Part shown: positions 1-11,132 of the stretch, piece by piece
Position numbering within the stretch: position 1 is the first letter of the stretch
Layout: each line of letters starts with the position of its first letter
NCBI GenBank assembly: GCA_963739455.1
Contig: CAVUAK010000001.1
Location: 2,304,001 to 2,368,000, forward strand
Origin: an uncultured Gemmatimonadales bacterium
Lineage (GTDB): Bacteria > Gemmatimonadota > Gemmatimonadetes > Gemmatimonadales > GWC2-71-9
Length of the DNA stretch: 64,000 nucleotides
Direction of reading: 5' to 3'
Notes under the pieces: generated by a model
Database searches by the model: none
What the model was told of the DNA's origin: nothing
Seen by the model: the letters and a program-made list of their open reading frames with translations, nothing else
Program-made: the position numbers and the translations under genes

Positions 1-381
1 GACGAGAACCCGATCTTCTACGTGCAGATGGCGCACGCGCGACTCTGCGGGATCTTCCGCACCGCCGGCGTCGAGGCCGATTCCGTCGCCGGCGCCCTCG
101 ACCTGGCATCGCTGCCGGCGCCGGAAGACACCGAGCTGCTCAAGAAGCTGGGCGAGCTTCCCGAGGTCATCGCGAAGGCGGCAGGCGAGCGGGAGCCGCA
201 TCGCATGACGACGTACCTGCATGAACTGGCCGGCAGCGTGCACGGCTGGTATCACCACACGCGCACCGTGGGCGAGCCCGCCGACATCGAGCATGCGCGG
301 CTGCTCCTCGCGCGCGCCGCGCGCATCACCCTGGCCAACGGCCTCGCCGTGCTCGGCCTTTCCGCCCCGGAACGGATCTGA
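1..381 (+). CDS. argS: Arginyl-tRNA synthetase, C-terminal part (truncated by window)
   Basis: ENPIFYVQMAHARLCGI and C-terminal LGLSAPERI match the ArgRS anticodon-binding domain. Confidence 0.93.
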   Translation, partial: DENPIFYVQMAHARLCGIFRTAGVEADSVAGALDLASLPAPEDTELLKKLGELPEVIAKAAGEREPHRMTTYLHELAGSVHGWYHHTRTVGEPADIEHARLLLARAARITLANGLAVLGLSAPERI

Positions 382-385
382 CTTC

Positions 386-1306
386 ATGAGCCTGCTCGTC
401 GTCGGCAGCGTGGCACTCGATTCCATCTTCACCCCGTTCGGCGAGACTGCGGACACGCTGGGTGGATCGGCGGTGTTCTTCAGCGTCGCGGGCGCGATCC
501 TGCACCCGGTGAAGGTGGTGGGTGTGGTCGGCAGCGACTATCCGGTGAAGGAACTGGAGAAGCTCGCGGCACGGGGCATCGACTGGTCGGGGGTGGAACA
601 CGCCGAGGGAGAGAGCTTCCGGTGGAAGGGGAAGTACTCCTACGACCTGCAGAGCCGGGAAACGCTGGAGACGCGACTGGGTGTGTTCGCGGCGTTCCAG
701 CCGAAACTGCCGGCGAGCTTCCGCGACTCCGAGTTCCTGTTCCTGGGCAACATCGACCCGGAGCTGCAGCTGGGGGTGCTGGACCAGGTGCCGCATGCCA
801 AGCTGGTGGCGTGCGACACGATGAACTACTGGATCCAGAGCAAGCGCGATGCGCTGATGGAGCTGCTCAAGCGGGTGGACATCCTGATGGTGAACGATGG
901 GGAGGCACGCGAGCTCTCGGGCGACTGGAACATCCATCGCGCCGGTCGCTGGATCCTGAAGCACGGTCCCAAGCGGGTGGTGATCAAGCAGGGCGAATAC
1001 GGCGCGCTGCTGATGGGTGGCGAGCAGACGTTCTTCACGCCGGCCTTCCCGCTGGAAGAGGTCTTCGACCCGACGGGTGCGGGTGACGCGTTCGCCGGCG
1101 GTTTCATGGGGTACCTGGCGCGGGCGGGCACCGTCAGTGACGCCGAGTTCCGGCGCGCGATGGTGTATGGCAGCGTGATGGGCTCCTTCGCGGTGTCGCA
1201 GTTCGGCGTGCACGGGTTCGACGACGTGACGCTGGAACAGGTGGAGCGCCGGGCGCGCGCATTCCGGCAGCTGACGCACGTGGAACTGGCGGAGCCGGTC
1301 GCGTGA
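386..1306 (+). CDS. PfkB/ribokinase family sugar kinase
   Basis: VVGSVALD start, DPTGAGDAFAGGF PfkB signature. Confidence 0.9.
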   Translation: MSLLVVGSVALDSIFTPFGETADTLGGSAVFFSVAGAILHPVKVVGVVGSDYPVKELEKLAARGIDWSGVEHAEGESFRWKGKYSYDLQSRETLETRLGVFAAFQPKLPASFRDSEFLFLGNIDPELQLGVLDQVPHAKLVACDTMNYWIQSKRDALMELLKRVDILMVNDGEARELSGDWNIHRAGRWILKHGPKRVVIKQGEYGALLMGGEQTFFTPAFPLEEVFDPTGAGDAFAGGFMGYLARAGTVSDAEFRRAMVYGSVMGSFAVSQFGVHGFDDVTLEQVERRARAFRQLTHVELAEPVA

Positions 1307-2325
1307 CCGCCCGACAGTATGCGGCGGCTGGTGTGGACCTCAACACCGCCGAGGCCGCAAAGGAAAAGATCGGTCACCTGGTGGCGGGGACGCGCACGGC
1401 GCTCTCGGTGGGGCTGGTCGGCGCCTTCGGCGGCATGGTGCGCGTACCGGCCGGAATGAAGAAGCCGGTGCTGGTGCTGAGCACCGACGGCGTGGGCACC
1501 AAGGTGCTGGTGGCGCTGGAGGCAGGGCGGTTCGACACGGTGGGCGAGGACCTGGTCAACCACAGCGTGAACGACATCCTGGTGCACGCGGCGCGGCCGA
1601 TCGCATTCATGGACTACGTGGCGGGTGCGGCGCTGGGCGTGGAGATGATCGCCGGAATCGTGGAGGGCATCGCGCGCGGGTGCCGCAACCACGGGATGGC
1701 GCTGGCGGGCGGCGAGACGGCGCAGATGCCTGGTCTCTACCGCGAGGGAACGTTCGACCTGGCGGGCACGATCATCGGCGTGGTGGAAGAGGACGCGGCG
1801 CTGCACGGTGACCATGTGGTGCCGGGCGACGTGCTGCTGGGCTACGCCTCCACCGGCCTGCACACGAACGGCTATACACTCGCGCGCCGGATCATCTTCG
1901 AGCAGGCGGGACTCAAGCTGGGCGACACGCTCGGTGACACCGGCAAGTCGGTGGCCGATGCGCTGCTCGCGGTGCATCGCAGCTATGTGCCGACCCTGGC
2001 GCCGGTGCTGGGACAGGTCCACGCGCTGGCGCACATCACCGGTGGTGGCATCGGCGGAAACCTGGTGAGGGTGCTGCCGGAGAACTGCCGTGCGACAGTG
2101 GAGATGAAGTCGTGGGAGCGGCCGGCGCTCTACAAGTTCCTGCAGAAGGCCGGCAACGTGAGCGAGCCGGAGATGCGCGAGGTGTTCAATCTCGGCATCG
2201 GGATGATCGCGGTGCTGCCAGCCGCCTCGGTGGACCTCGCGCGTGCCGCGGCGCGCGTGGCGGGCGTGGAGACGTGGGTCATTGGGAAGGTGGAGGCTGG
2301 TGCACGCGACGTGGCTTTTGCGTGA
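1303..2325 (+). CDS. purM: Phosphoribosylformylglycinamidine cyclo-ligase (AIR synthetase)
   Basis: YAAAGVD, STDGVGTK, GGETAQMPG, GLHTNGY, AHITGGG motifs. Confidence 0.96.
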   Translation: MTARQYAAAGVDLNTAEAAKEKIGHLVAGTRTALSVGLVGAFGGMVRVPAGMKKPVLVLSTDGVGTKVLVALEAGRFDTVGEDLVNHSVNDILVHAARPIAFMDYVAGAALGVEMIAGIVEGIARGCRNHGMALAGGETAQMPGLYREGTFDLAGTIIGVVEEDAALHGDHVVPGDVLLGYASTGLHTNGYTLARRIIFEQAGLKLGDTLGDTGKSVADALLAVHRSYVPTLAPVLGQVHALAHITGGGIGGNLVRVLPENCRATVEMKSWERPALYKFLQKAGNVSEPEMREVFNLGIGMIAVLPAASVDLARAAARVAGVETWVIGKVEAGARDVAFA

Positions 2326-2407
2326 GTCGGCAGTCGGCAGTCGACAGTCGGCAGGCAGTCGTCAGCTGACAGCTTTCTGATGACTGACGACAGACGACTG
2401 ACGACTG
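2324..2407. repeat. Inverted heptamer-repeat element (CAGTCGN)n ... (NCGACTG)n, empty
   Basis: GAGTCGG CAGTCGG CAGTCGA CAGTCGG..CAGTCGT CAGCTG then CTTTCTG..ACGACAG ACGACTG ACGACTG. Confidence 0.88.
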
Positions 2408-3470
2408 AGCCGGAGGCCATGTCGCGCGCTCATCGAGCTGGCGTGGCAATGGCTGGGGCCGTGTAGCTCCGAATCCGCTGGTCGGTGCCGTGGTCCTTCG
2501 AGACGGCAAGATTGTTGGCGAGGGCTATCACGCCGAGTTTGGTGAGCGTCACGCGGAGGCGGTGGCACTGGAGGCGGCAGGGGACGGGGCTCGCGGGGCG
2601 ACGCTGGTTGTCACCCTCGAGCCCTGCGCGCACCAGGGGAAGCAGCCACCGTGCGCGGACCTGGTGCGGCGCGCGGGCATCAAACGGGTGGTGGTCGCCG
2701 TGGCGGACCCGAACCCGGTGGCGGCGGGTGGCTCCGAGTACCTGCGGCAGCATGGCGTCGAGGTGGAGATCGGGCTGATGCAGCGGGAGGCGTCGGCGCA
2801 GAACGCCGCGTTCCTCCATGCGCAGGGCGCGCGGCGCCGGCCCTACGTGGCGCTCAAGCTGGCGACGTCGCTCGATGCGCGGATTGCCGACCGGGAAGGA
2901 CGGTCGCGCTGGATCAGCGGGCCCGAGGCCCGCGCCTGGGTGCAGTGGCTGCGCGCCGGGTTCGACGCGATTGCCGTCGGCAGCAACACGGCACGGCTCG
3001 ACGATCCGTCGCTGACGGTGCGCGGCACGGTGGTGCCGCGACGGACACCGAGGCGGGTGGTGTTCGGCCGGAGCAGCGTCCTGTCGTCGGACGGCGCGCT
3101 GGCTCGCACCGCACGGGAAACGCCGACGACAGTGTTCGTCGCGCCGGGCACCGGGGCCGCACAGTCGGCGCTCGCGACCGCCGGTGTGGAGGTGCGCGAG
3201 ACGAAGTCGCTCGCAGCAGCGCTCGCGACGCTCCGCGACGAAGAGGTGGAGAGCGTGCTGGTGGAGGGCGGGGGACAGCTCGCCGGTGCGCTGCTGGCAG
3301 AGGACCTGGTGGACCGGCTGTACTGGGTACAGAGCCCGCTCTGGCTGGGCGATGGCGTCCCCGCGGTGACGGGACTGCCGGGCACGTCACTGGAACTGGC
3401 ACCGCGCTGGCGTGTGGTCGAGCGTCGCGCACTGGGAGAGGACACGCTACTCGTGGTGGATCGCCGCTAG
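2380..3470 (+). CDS. ribD: Riboflavin biosynthesis deaminase/reductase; 5' part frameshifted (~2430-2450), start uncertain
   Basis: PNPLVGAVV, HAE, TLEPCAH..PPC, KLATSLD, VLVEGGG; first gene of rib cluster. Confidence 0.92.
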
Positions 3471-4079
3471 ATGTTTACCGGACTGGTGACAGCCATTGGT
3501 GTGGTGTCGCGCGCACGGCGCGATGACCAGGGCCTCGAGCTCGTCATCGACGCGCCCTACAAGGGCCTCGAACTGGGCGAGAGCATTGCCGTGGACGGGG
3601 CGTGCCTGACGGTCAAGGCGTTCGCCAATGCCGGGTTCGTGGTGCACATCATCGCCACGTCGCTCGACCGGACGGCGTTCGGCACATATGTCGCGGGACG
3701 CCGGGTAAACCTGGAGCGGGCGCTCCGGGTGGGTGACCGGATGGGTGGCCACCTGGTGCAGGGGCACGTCGATGGCGTGGGGCTGGTGCTGCACGTGAAG
3801 CACCACGAGGACGCGCGGCTGGTCGACATCAAGGTGCCGAGCGAGGTGTCACGGGTGAGTGTGCCGCTGGGCTCCGTCACCATCGACGGCGTGAGCCTGA
3901 CCGTGAATGCAATTCCGGAACCGGGCGTGATCCAGATCTCGCTGATTCCGTTTACCTTGGAACACACGACGCTGGGCGAGCGACGGCCGGCAGATGCAGT
4001 GCACGTCGAGGCCGACGTGCTCGGGAAGTACGTCGAGGGATTGCTGCTGCCGCACCTGGCACGGCTTCCCCACAATTGA
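3471..4079 (+). CDS. ribE: Riboflavin synthase alpha chain
   Basis: MFTGLV N-terminus, [17 protein letters not shown]. Confidence 0.96.
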   Translation: MFTGLVTAIGVVSRARRDDQGLELVIDAPYKGLELGESIAVDGACLTVKAFANAGFVVHIIATSLDRTAFGTYVAGRRVNLERALRVGDRMGGHLVQGHVDGVGLVLHVKHHEDARLVDIKVPSEVSRVSVPLGSVTIDGVSLTVNAIPEPGVIQISLIPFTLEHTTLGERRPADAVHVEADVLGKYVEGLLLPHLARLPHN

Positions 4080-4098
4080 ACGAACGGACGAAGGCCGC

Positions 4099-5304
4099 AT
4101 GACACGCCACACCATCGAGCAGGCGATCGAAGACCTGCGCAACGGAAAGATCATCATCGTCGCCGATGACGAGCAGCGCGAGAACGAGGGCGACCTCGTC
4201 TGCGCGGCGGAACTGGTGACGCCGGAACTCATCAACTTCATGACCGTGCATGGCCGCGGGCTCATCTGCCTTGCCCTCCCGGGCGAGCGCTGCGATGAGC
4301 TGGGCCTGCCGCAGATGACCGAGCGGAACACCGAGGAACTGGGCACGGCGTTCACCGTGAGCATCGATGCCGACCGCCGTTTCGGCGTCACCACCGGCAT
4401 CTCGGCGGCGGACCGCTCGAGCACGATCCACGTGGCGCTCAACCCGCGCACCATCCCATCGGACCTGCGGCGCCCGGGGCACATCTTCCCGCTGCGTTCG
4501 CGCCCGGGTGGCGTGCTGCAGCGGGTCGGGCACACGGAAGGCAGCGTGGACTTTGCGCGGCTGGCGGGGCTCTACCCCGCGGGCGTGATCTGCGAGATTC
4601 TCAGCGCCGACGGCTCGATGGCGCGGCGGCCGCAGCTGATGGAGCTGGCGGAGAAGCTCAACCTGACGTTCGTGACGCTGGCGCAGCTTGTTGCCTACCG
4701 GCTCCGCACCGAGCGGCTGGTGCATCGGATCGCCGAGGCGCGGCTGCCGACGCCATTCGGCGAGTTCCGCATCGTGGGGTACCGGAACGACGTGGACCAG
4801 GCGGAGCATGTGGCGCTGATCATGGGCCATGTGGAAGGGGAGAAGAACGTGCTGGTGCGAATGCACTCCAAGTGCCTCACCGGCGACGTGTTCGGCTCGC
4901 GGCGCTGCGACTGCGGGGACCAGCTTCACGCCGCGATGCGCCAGATCGGCGAGGCGGGGCGCGGCGTGATCGTGTACCTCGACCAGGAGGGCCGCGGCAT
5001 CGGGTTGCTCAACAAGCTCCGCGCATACGAGCTGCAGGACACCGGTGTGGATACGGTGGCCGCGAACCAGCGGCTCGGGTTTGCGCCCGACCTCCGCAAC
5101 TACGGCATCGGGGCACAGATCCTCCGGGACCTGGGCCTCTCGGCGATCCGCATCATGACCAACAACCCGCGCAAGCTCGTCGGTGTCGACGGGTATGGAC
5201 TTGAAATCGTGGAACGCGTGCCGCTGATCACCAGTCCCACCGACGAGAACCGCAGCTATCTCGACGTGAAGCGCGACAAGCTCGGCCACCTCTTCGCCCA
5301 CTGA
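4099..5304 (+). CDS. ribBA: Bifunctional DHBP synthase / GTP cyclohydrolase II
   Basis: [42 protein letters not shown]. Confidence 0.97.
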   Translation: MTRHTIEQAIEDLRNGKIIIVADDEQRENEGDLVCAAELVTPELINFMTVHGRGLICLALPGERCDELGLPQMTERNTEELGTAFTVSIDADRRFGVTTGISAADRSSTIHVALNPRTIPSDLRRPGHIFPLRSRPGGVLQRVGHTEGSVDFARLAGLYPAGVICEILSADGSMARRPQLMELAEKLNLTFVTLAQLVAYRLRTERLVHRIAEARLPTPFGEFRIVGYRNDVDQAEHVALIMGHVEGEKNVLVRMHSKCLTGDVFGSRRCDCGDQLHAAMRQIGEAGRGVIVYLDQEGRGIGLLNKLRAYELQDTGVDTVAANQRLGFAPDLRNYGIGAQILRDLGLSAIRIMTNNPRKLVGVDGYGLEIVERVPLITSPTDENRSYLDVKRDKLGHLFAH

Positions 5305-5306
5305 TC

Positions 5307-5778
5307 GTGCCAGAATATCTCCGGGGAACGCCGCCACGTCGGTCCCGTGGCGGTCCTTGTCAGCCGCTACAACGAACTGGTCACCCGCCGCCTGCTCGAC
5401 GGTGCGCTCGCGTGCGCCCAGGAGGCGGGCATCGCGGATGAGGAGATCGACGTCGTGTGGGTTCCGGGTGCGTTCGAGCTCGGTGCAGCGGCGGCGGAAC
5501 TGGCGGGCAGCGGGCGCTACTCGGCGCTGGTGGCGCTGGGCGCGGTCATCCGGGGCGAGACGCCGCACTTCGAGTACGTGGCAGGCGAGGCAGCGCGCGC
5601 GCTCAGCGCGGTGGCGCTGCAGCACGTGATCGCGGTGGCGTTCGGGGTGCTGACGGTGGACACGATGGAACAGGCGACCGACCGGGCCGGCGGCAAGGCG
5701 GGGAACAAGGGCCACGAGGCGATGAGTGCGGCGCTCGAGCTGGCCGACGTCATGCGCCAGTTGCGGGAGCGCCCATGA
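5307..5778 (+). CDS. ribH: Lumazine synthase (apparent frameshift near 5' end)
   Basis: VPGAFE, LGAVIRGETPHFEYV, GNKG. Confidence 0.95.
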
Positions 5779-6188
5779 TCCGACGGGAAACCCGCTGCCG
5801 GGCGCGGGCACTGCAGATGCTGTACGCGTGGGAACTGCAAGGCGTCTCGCCGATGCACGACGTGGCGACGGGCATTGCGCGGATCACGGGGCCGGAGCCG
5901 ACGGTGTTCGACGGGGCGGAGCTGCTCGCCATTGCGGTGGTCGAGGATGCCGACGTGCTCGATCGCGAGGTGGAGGAAGCGACGGACAACTGGCGCCTCG
6001 AGCGCATGGGCGTGGTGGAGCGGATCATCCTGCGCCTTGGCATCCATGAACTTCGCACCGGTGACGTGCCACCCAAGGTGGCGATCGACGAGGCGGTGCG
6101 GCTGGCGCACTGGTTCGGCGGCGCGCGGGCACCGGCATTCGTGAACGGCGTCCTCGACCGGGTCGCCCATACGCTCGGCCGCCTGTGA
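5775..6188 (+). CDS. nusB: Transcription antitermination factor NusB
   Basis: NWRLER, PPKVAIDEAVRLA, FVNGVLD; follows ribH. Confidence 0.94.
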   Translation: MIRRETRCRARALQMLYAWELQGVSPMHDVATGIARITGPEPTVFDGAELLAIAVVEDADVLDREVEEATDNWRLERMGVVERIILRLGIHELRTGDVPPKVAIDEAVRLAHWFGGARAPAFVNGVLDRVAHTLGRL

Positions 6189-7307
6189 ACATCCTGCTGG
6201 TGAACTGGCAGGACGTGCGCAATCCGCAGGCGGGCGGGGCCGAGATCCACCTCTTCGAAATCTTCAGCCGGCTGGCGGCGCGCGGGCACCGGGTACGGCT
6301 GATCTGCTCCAACTGGGTCGGTGGGGAAGCACAGGAGGAGGTGCGGGGCATCGAGGTGCATCGCTTCGGCGGCCGGCACTCGTTTGCGCTGCAGGCACGC
6401 GGCGCGGTGCGGCGGGCACTCCGGGCGGAACGCGCCGACATCGTGTGCGAGGACATCAACAAGCTGCCGCTGTTCCTGGCGGGGATGACGCCGCTGCCGT
6501 TCTGCGCGATCATCCCGCACCTGTTCGGGAGCACGGCGTTCGAGGAAGCGTCGTGGCCGATGGCGGCGACGGTGTGGCTCGCGGAGCAGCCGATTGCGCT
6601 GGCGTACCGCCGCGCCGGCTTTCATGCGATCAGCGAGAGCACGCGGGACGACCTGGTGGCGCGCGGCGTGGCGCGCGAGCAGATCCAGGTGATCCATCCG
6701 GGCGTCGATTGCGTACGGTACCACCCGGACCCGGCGGTGGGCCGGACAGCCGACCCGACCTTTGTGTATGTTGGGAGGTTGAAGCGTTACAAGAAGGTCA
6801 CCGTCGCCATCCAGGCCCTTGCCCTGGCGCGGCGGGAGCGGCCGGAGCTGCGACTCGACATTGCCGGCGGCGGCGACCACCTGGAGGAGCTGCAGCAGCT
6901 TGCCCAGGGAGATGGGCCAGACGGACGCGGTGCGGTTCCTGGGGTTCGTGAGCGAAGAGGAGAAGGTGCGACTCTTCCGCAGCGCCTGGGCCAACGTCTT
7001 TCCGTCGCCCAAGGAAGGGTGGGGTATCACGGTGATGGAGGCAGCGGCCTGCGGCACGCCGTCGATTGCCTCAGACAGTCCGGGGCTGCGCGACTCGGTG
7101 CGCGCGGGGGTGACCGGATGGCTGGTGCCGCATGGTGACGCGGCGGCGCTGGCGCAGCAGTACCTGACACTGGCTGGTGATCGCAGCCTGGTGGACCGGT
7201 TCGGCGTGGCGGCACGACAGCACGCGGAGCGGCTCACGTGGGATGCGGCGGCCGGCCAGACCGAAGTGCAATTGCAGAACCTCGTCTCTCACGCCGACTT
7301 CCGCTGA
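6185..7307 (+). CDS. Glycosyltransferase family 4 (frameshift ~6908)
   Basis: NPQAGGAE, YVGRLKRYK, EGWGITVMEAAACG spread over two frames. Confidence 0.88.
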
Positions 7308-7321
7308 CGCCAGGAGGATTC

Positions 7322-7639
7322 GTGCAGATTACCGTCACGGCCCGTCACTGCGAAATTTCCGAACTGCTGCAGGAGCGCGCCAACACCATCGCCGACCGGG
7401 TGAGCGTGCTGGCCATCCGACCGATCAGTTGCACCATCGTGTTCGACGTCGAAGGCACCCAGTCACTGGCGGAACTGCGCCTGCTCGATGCGCGCGGCGA
7501 CACGCTGGTGAGCCGGGGCGAGGGTCCGGATCATCGCTCGGCGCTCGATCGCGCCGAGGAACGGCTCAAGCGACAGCTCGAGACGGCGTCGGGCCGGCAG
7601 CGGCGGGCGCGGCGCGCCCCCGAGGCCGCCGAGGGCTGA
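7322..7639 (+). CDS. hpf: HPF/RaiA family ribosome-associated protein
   Basis: MQITVTARH start, ALDRAEERLKRQL; upstream of hprK. Confidence 0.82.
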   Translation: MQITVTARHCEISELLQERANTIADRVSVLAIRPISCTIVFDVEGTQSLAELRLLDARGDTLVSRGEGPDHRSALDRAEERLKRQLETASGRQRRARRAPEAAEG

Positions 7640-8604
7640 TGTTCCGTCTTCGCGATTTCCTGGAGCGGCCGGACGACCCGCTCCAGCTGGAGGCGCTGAC
7701 CGGCGACGTGGGCCTGGACCGGTCGGTGCCCGACCCGGAGGTCGCGAGCCCGGGCCTGGCCCTGGCGGGCTACACCGGACGTTTCGCGCCGCAGCGCCTC
7801 CACGTGCTGGGCGAGACGGAGATCATGTATCTCGCGTCGCTGCCGGCGTCCGAACGGCATCGCCTCCTCTCCAATCTTTTCTCCTTCGACCTGCCATGCC
7901 TCTTCGTGACGAAGGGGCTCGAGGTGCCGAGCGAGCTTCTCGAGCTGGCGCGCGAGAAGGGCGTGCCGGTCCTGCGCTCGCGGCTCAAGACGGCGGAGTT
8001 CTACCGCCGGATCAAGCCGCTGGTGGAGGAGGCGTTTGCACCGCGCACCACGCTGCACGGGTCGCTGGCCGACGTGTATGGCGTGGGCCTCCTCTTCGTG
8101 GGTCGCTCGGGCATCGGCAAGAGCGAATGCGTGCTCGACCTGGTGGAGCGCGGGCACCGGCTGGTGGCGGACGACGTGGTGCAGGTGACGCGCCGCGGCA
8201 CCGACATCCTGATCGGGCGGGGCCACGAGCTGGCGGGGCACCACATGGAGATCCGTGGCATCGGGCTGATCGACGTGCAGTCGCTCTTCGGCATCCGCGC
8301 GGTGCGGCAGCAGAAGCGCATCGAGGTGGTGGTGCAGCTCGAGGACTGGGAGACGGCGCGGGACACGACGGAGCGGACCGGCCTGGCGCACCAGACGACG
8401 GACGTGCTGGGCGTCCCGATCCCGATGGTGGTGGTGCCGCTCAACCCGGGAAAGAACATCACCGTGGTGTCCGAGGTGGTCGCGATGATGCACCTGCTGC
8501 GCTATGCCGGCGTCGATGTCGCCGCGGCGTTCAATGACCGCCTCATCAAGCGCATGAAAGAGAAGCGCGGCCTCAAGAGCTATCTCCAGGAAGACTATGA
8601 GTGA
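7639..8604 (+). CDS. hprK: HPr(Ser) kinase/phosphorylase
   Basis: GRSGIGKSE Walker A, GHRLVADD, MEIRGIG. Confidence 0.96.
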   Translation: MFRLRDFLERPDDPLQLEALTGDVGLDRSVPDPEVASPGLALAGYTGRFAPQRLHVLGETEIMYLASLPASERHRLLSNLFSFDLPCLFVTKGLEVPSELLELAREKGVPVLRSRLKTAEFYRRIKPLVEEAFAPRTTLHGSLADVYGVGLLFVGRSGIGKSECVLDLVERGHRLVADDVVQVTRRGTDILIGRGHELAGHHMEIRGIGLIDVQSLFGIRAVRQQKRIEVVVQLEDWETARDTTERTGLAHQTTDVLGVPIPMVVVPLNPGKNITVVSEVVAMMHLLRYAGVDVAAAFNDRLIKRMKEKRGLKSYLQEDYE

Positions 8605-8974
8605 CCAGCTGCGCGGCGTGATCGTCTGTCACGGCGCGCTGGCCCGGGCGCTGGTGGACGCCACGGCACAGATCTCGGGGATGGCCGACGGGCTGGTACC
8701 GGTGTCGAACTCGGGCTGTGACCGGGGCGACCTCGAGGCGCGGGTGGAAGCCGCGGTGGGCACGGAGCCAACGGTGGTGTTCGTGGACATGGCGAGCGGG
8801 TCGTGCCTGTTCGCGGTGCTGCGGCGGCTGCGCGAACGGCCCAACGTGCGCGTGGTGACGGGCGTCAACCTGGCGATGCTGCTCGACTTCGTCTTTCACC
8901 GCGAGCTCTCGCCGGATGACGCGGCGAAGCGCGCGGTCGAGATCGGCGAGAAGGCGATCCAGGTTTCGGCATGA
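8597..8974 (+). CDS. PTS mannose/fructose family EIIA
   Basis: VCHG phospho-His motif, TGVNLAML. Confidence 0.88.
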   Translation: MSDQLRGVIVCHGALARALVDATAQISGMADGLVPVSNSGCDRGDLEARVEAAVGTEPTVVFVDMASGSCLFAVLRRLRERPNVRVVTGVNLAMLLDFVFHRELSPDDAAKRAVEIGEKAIQVSA

Positions 8975-9447
8975 CGCTGGTGCTCTGCCGCGTCGATGAC
9001 CGGTTGATTCATGGGCAGGTCGTGGTGGGGTGGGGGCAGCCGCTCGGTATCCAGCGCTACATCCTGGCCGACGACGAGGTGGCCCTGAGCGACTGGGAGC
9101 AGGACCTCTACCGGATGGCAGTGCCGAAGGGACTCGAAGTGGTGTTCGCCACGGTGGCGAGTGCGGGGGCACAGCTTCGCGCATGGGACGCCGACAGCCC
9201 GCGCACGGCGGTGCTGCTCGGCAGCGTCGAGGCGGCCGCCCAGCTGTATCACGCGGCACCGACCATCGTTCGCAAGATCAATCTCGGGGGCATTCATCAC
9301 CGGCCGGGCCGGGTGGAGCGCCTGCCGTATGTGTATCTCAGTCCCGATGAGGCGCGCCTGCTGACCGCGCTGGCCACCGAGGGTGCGGAGATCGTGGGCC
9401 AGGACCTGCCGACGGCGACGCCGGTGCCACTCGGATCGATGACGTGA
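8971..9447 (+). CDS. PTS mannose/sorbose family EIIB
   Basis: RVDDRLIHGQV signature, INLGG. Confidence 0.93.
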   Translation: MTLVLCRVDDRLIHGQVVVGWGQPLGIQRYILADDEVALSDWEQDLYRMAVPKGLEVVFATVASAGAQLRAWDADSPRTAVLLGSVEAAAQLYHAAPTIVRKINLGGIHHRPGRVERLPYVYLSPDEARLLTALATEGAEIVGQDLPTATPVPLGSMT

Positions 9448-10129
9448 GTCCGCTGGATCCCGGGACGCTGCTCCTGCTCCTCGGCTGGGGCACGCTGGTG
9501 GCGCTCGACCTGGTGAGCGTACCGCAGGCGATGTACGCGCGGCCGCTGGTGGCGGGCACGGTGGCAGGGCTCATCGCCGGCGACGTGACGACGGGGCTCG
9601 CGCTGGGCGTGCTGCTCGAGCTGTTCGCGCTCGACGTGCTGCCGGTTGGTGCCGCGCGCTATCCCGATCATGGCCCGGCCACGGTGGCGGCGGTGGCCGC
9701 GGCGGCGGGGGCGCCCTGGCCGGAACGAATGGGCACCGCGGTGCTGCTGGCGTTGCTGCTTGCGGTGCTGGGCGGGATGGAGCCTGCAGCGTCTCCGTCA
9801 CCGCAATGCAGAGGCACTGCACGGCCGGGCGGCGGCGCTGGCGGCCGGGAGCCAGCCGGGGCTCCGCGCGCTGCAGTGGGGCGGATTGGGGCGGGATGCG
9901 ATCCGGGGCGTGCTGCTCACGGCGCTGGGACTCGCGGGGGCACTCGCTGCTGCGCGCGTTCCCGCCGGTTCCCGCCCGGCTGCAGGGACTCCTCGCGGCG
10001 GCGGCGATCGGCTGCGCGCTCGCGGCGGTGGCAGGAGGTGCGGCGCGGAGCGCAGGTCGCGGACCCCGGCTCTACTGGCTGCTCGCGGGACTCGCGGCCG
10101 GACTGGTCATCGCATTCGGTCTCGGATGA
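9444..10129 (+). CDS. PTS mannose family EIIC (frameshifts ~9778 and ~9962)
   Basis: RPLVAG, ELFALDVLPVG; hydrophobic; operon position. Confidence 0.82.
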
Positions 10130-10866
10130 AGACACAGGGCAGGGTGCGGGCGTTCGCGCGGTTGTTCGCGATCCAGGGCGACTGGAACTACGAGCGCATG
10201 CTGGGCATCGGCATGGGGTACGCGGCGGAACCGCTGCTCGACGAACTCAAGACACGCGACCCGGCGCGACACACGGCGGCGGTGGTGCGGTCCGCGGAGT
10301 TCTTCAACTGCAACCCGAACCTCGCGGGGCTGGCGCTTGGTGCGCTGGCGCGGGCCGAGCGTGACGGGGTCCCGGGGGAGCAGGTGAGCCGGCTCCGGAC
10401 GGCGCTGTGCGGTCCCCTCGGCGCGATCGGCGACCGGCTGTTCTGGGCGGGCGTGGTGCCGGCGCTCTCGGCGCTGGCGATCGCCGCGGTGGTGCTCGGA
10501 GCCGGGGTGTGGGCCGTCGCCGGGTTCCTGCTGGTGTACAACACGCTCCGGGTGGGCACTGCGTGGTGGTCGCTCCGCACCGGACTGCGCGAAGGACTGC
10601 AGGTGGGTGGCGCGGTGGGCCGTTCGTGGCTGCCGAAGGCGGCTGAGCGGGTGGGGCCGCTGGCAGGGTTCGCTGTGGGGCTCGCGGTGCCGCTGGCCGG
10701 CAAGTGGCTGCTGAAGGGGCTGGCGCCGCAGGCCATGGTGCTGGCGGTGTTGCTGGCGACGGGTGGTGTGGCGCTCTCCCGATGGGGCGGCACGCACTAC
10801 AGTGCGGTACGCTATGCCCTGGTGGTGCTGGTCCTGCTGGCAGCCGGAGGGATGGTGATGCTGTGA
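10126..10866 (+). CDS. PTS mannose family EIID
   Basis: WNYERMLGIG, FFNCNP, GPLGAIGDRLFW. Confidence 0.92.
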   Translation: MKTQGRVRAFARLFAIQGDWNYERMLGIGMGYAAEPLLDELKTRDPARHTAAVVRSAEFFNCNPNLAGLALGALARAERDGVPGEQVSRLRTALCGPLGAIGDRLFWAGVVPALSALAIAAVVLGAGVWAVAGFLLVYNTLRVGTAWWSLRTGLREGLQVGGAVGRSWLPKAAERVGPLAGFAVGLAVPLAGKWLLKGLAPQAMVLAVLLATGGVALSRWGGTHYSAVRYALVVLVLLAAGGMVML

Positions 10867-11130
10867 CCGAGCGCACGATCGAGATCGTCAACTCGCTGGG
10901 ACTCCATGCCCGGCCGGCGGCGCAATTCGTCCGGCTGGCCGCGGGCTTTGCCTCCGAGATCGAGCTTGCGCGCGACGAAATGTCGGTGAACGGCAAGAGC
11001 ATCATGGGGGTGATGATGCTCGCGGCGGAGTGCGGCAGCAGCGTGGTCGTGCGGGCCACGGGCGTCGACGAGGAGGCGGCCGTCGCCGCGCTCGAGGCAG
11101 CTCATTCGCAACGGGTTCGGCGAGACGTGA
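10863..11130 (+). CDS. ptsH: Phosphocarrier protein HPr (frameshift ~11100 creates an apparent fusion to EI)
   Basis: GLHARPA, NGKSIMGVMML; likely true end LIRNGFGET-stop in another frame. Confidence 0.92.
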
Positions 11131-11132
11131 GC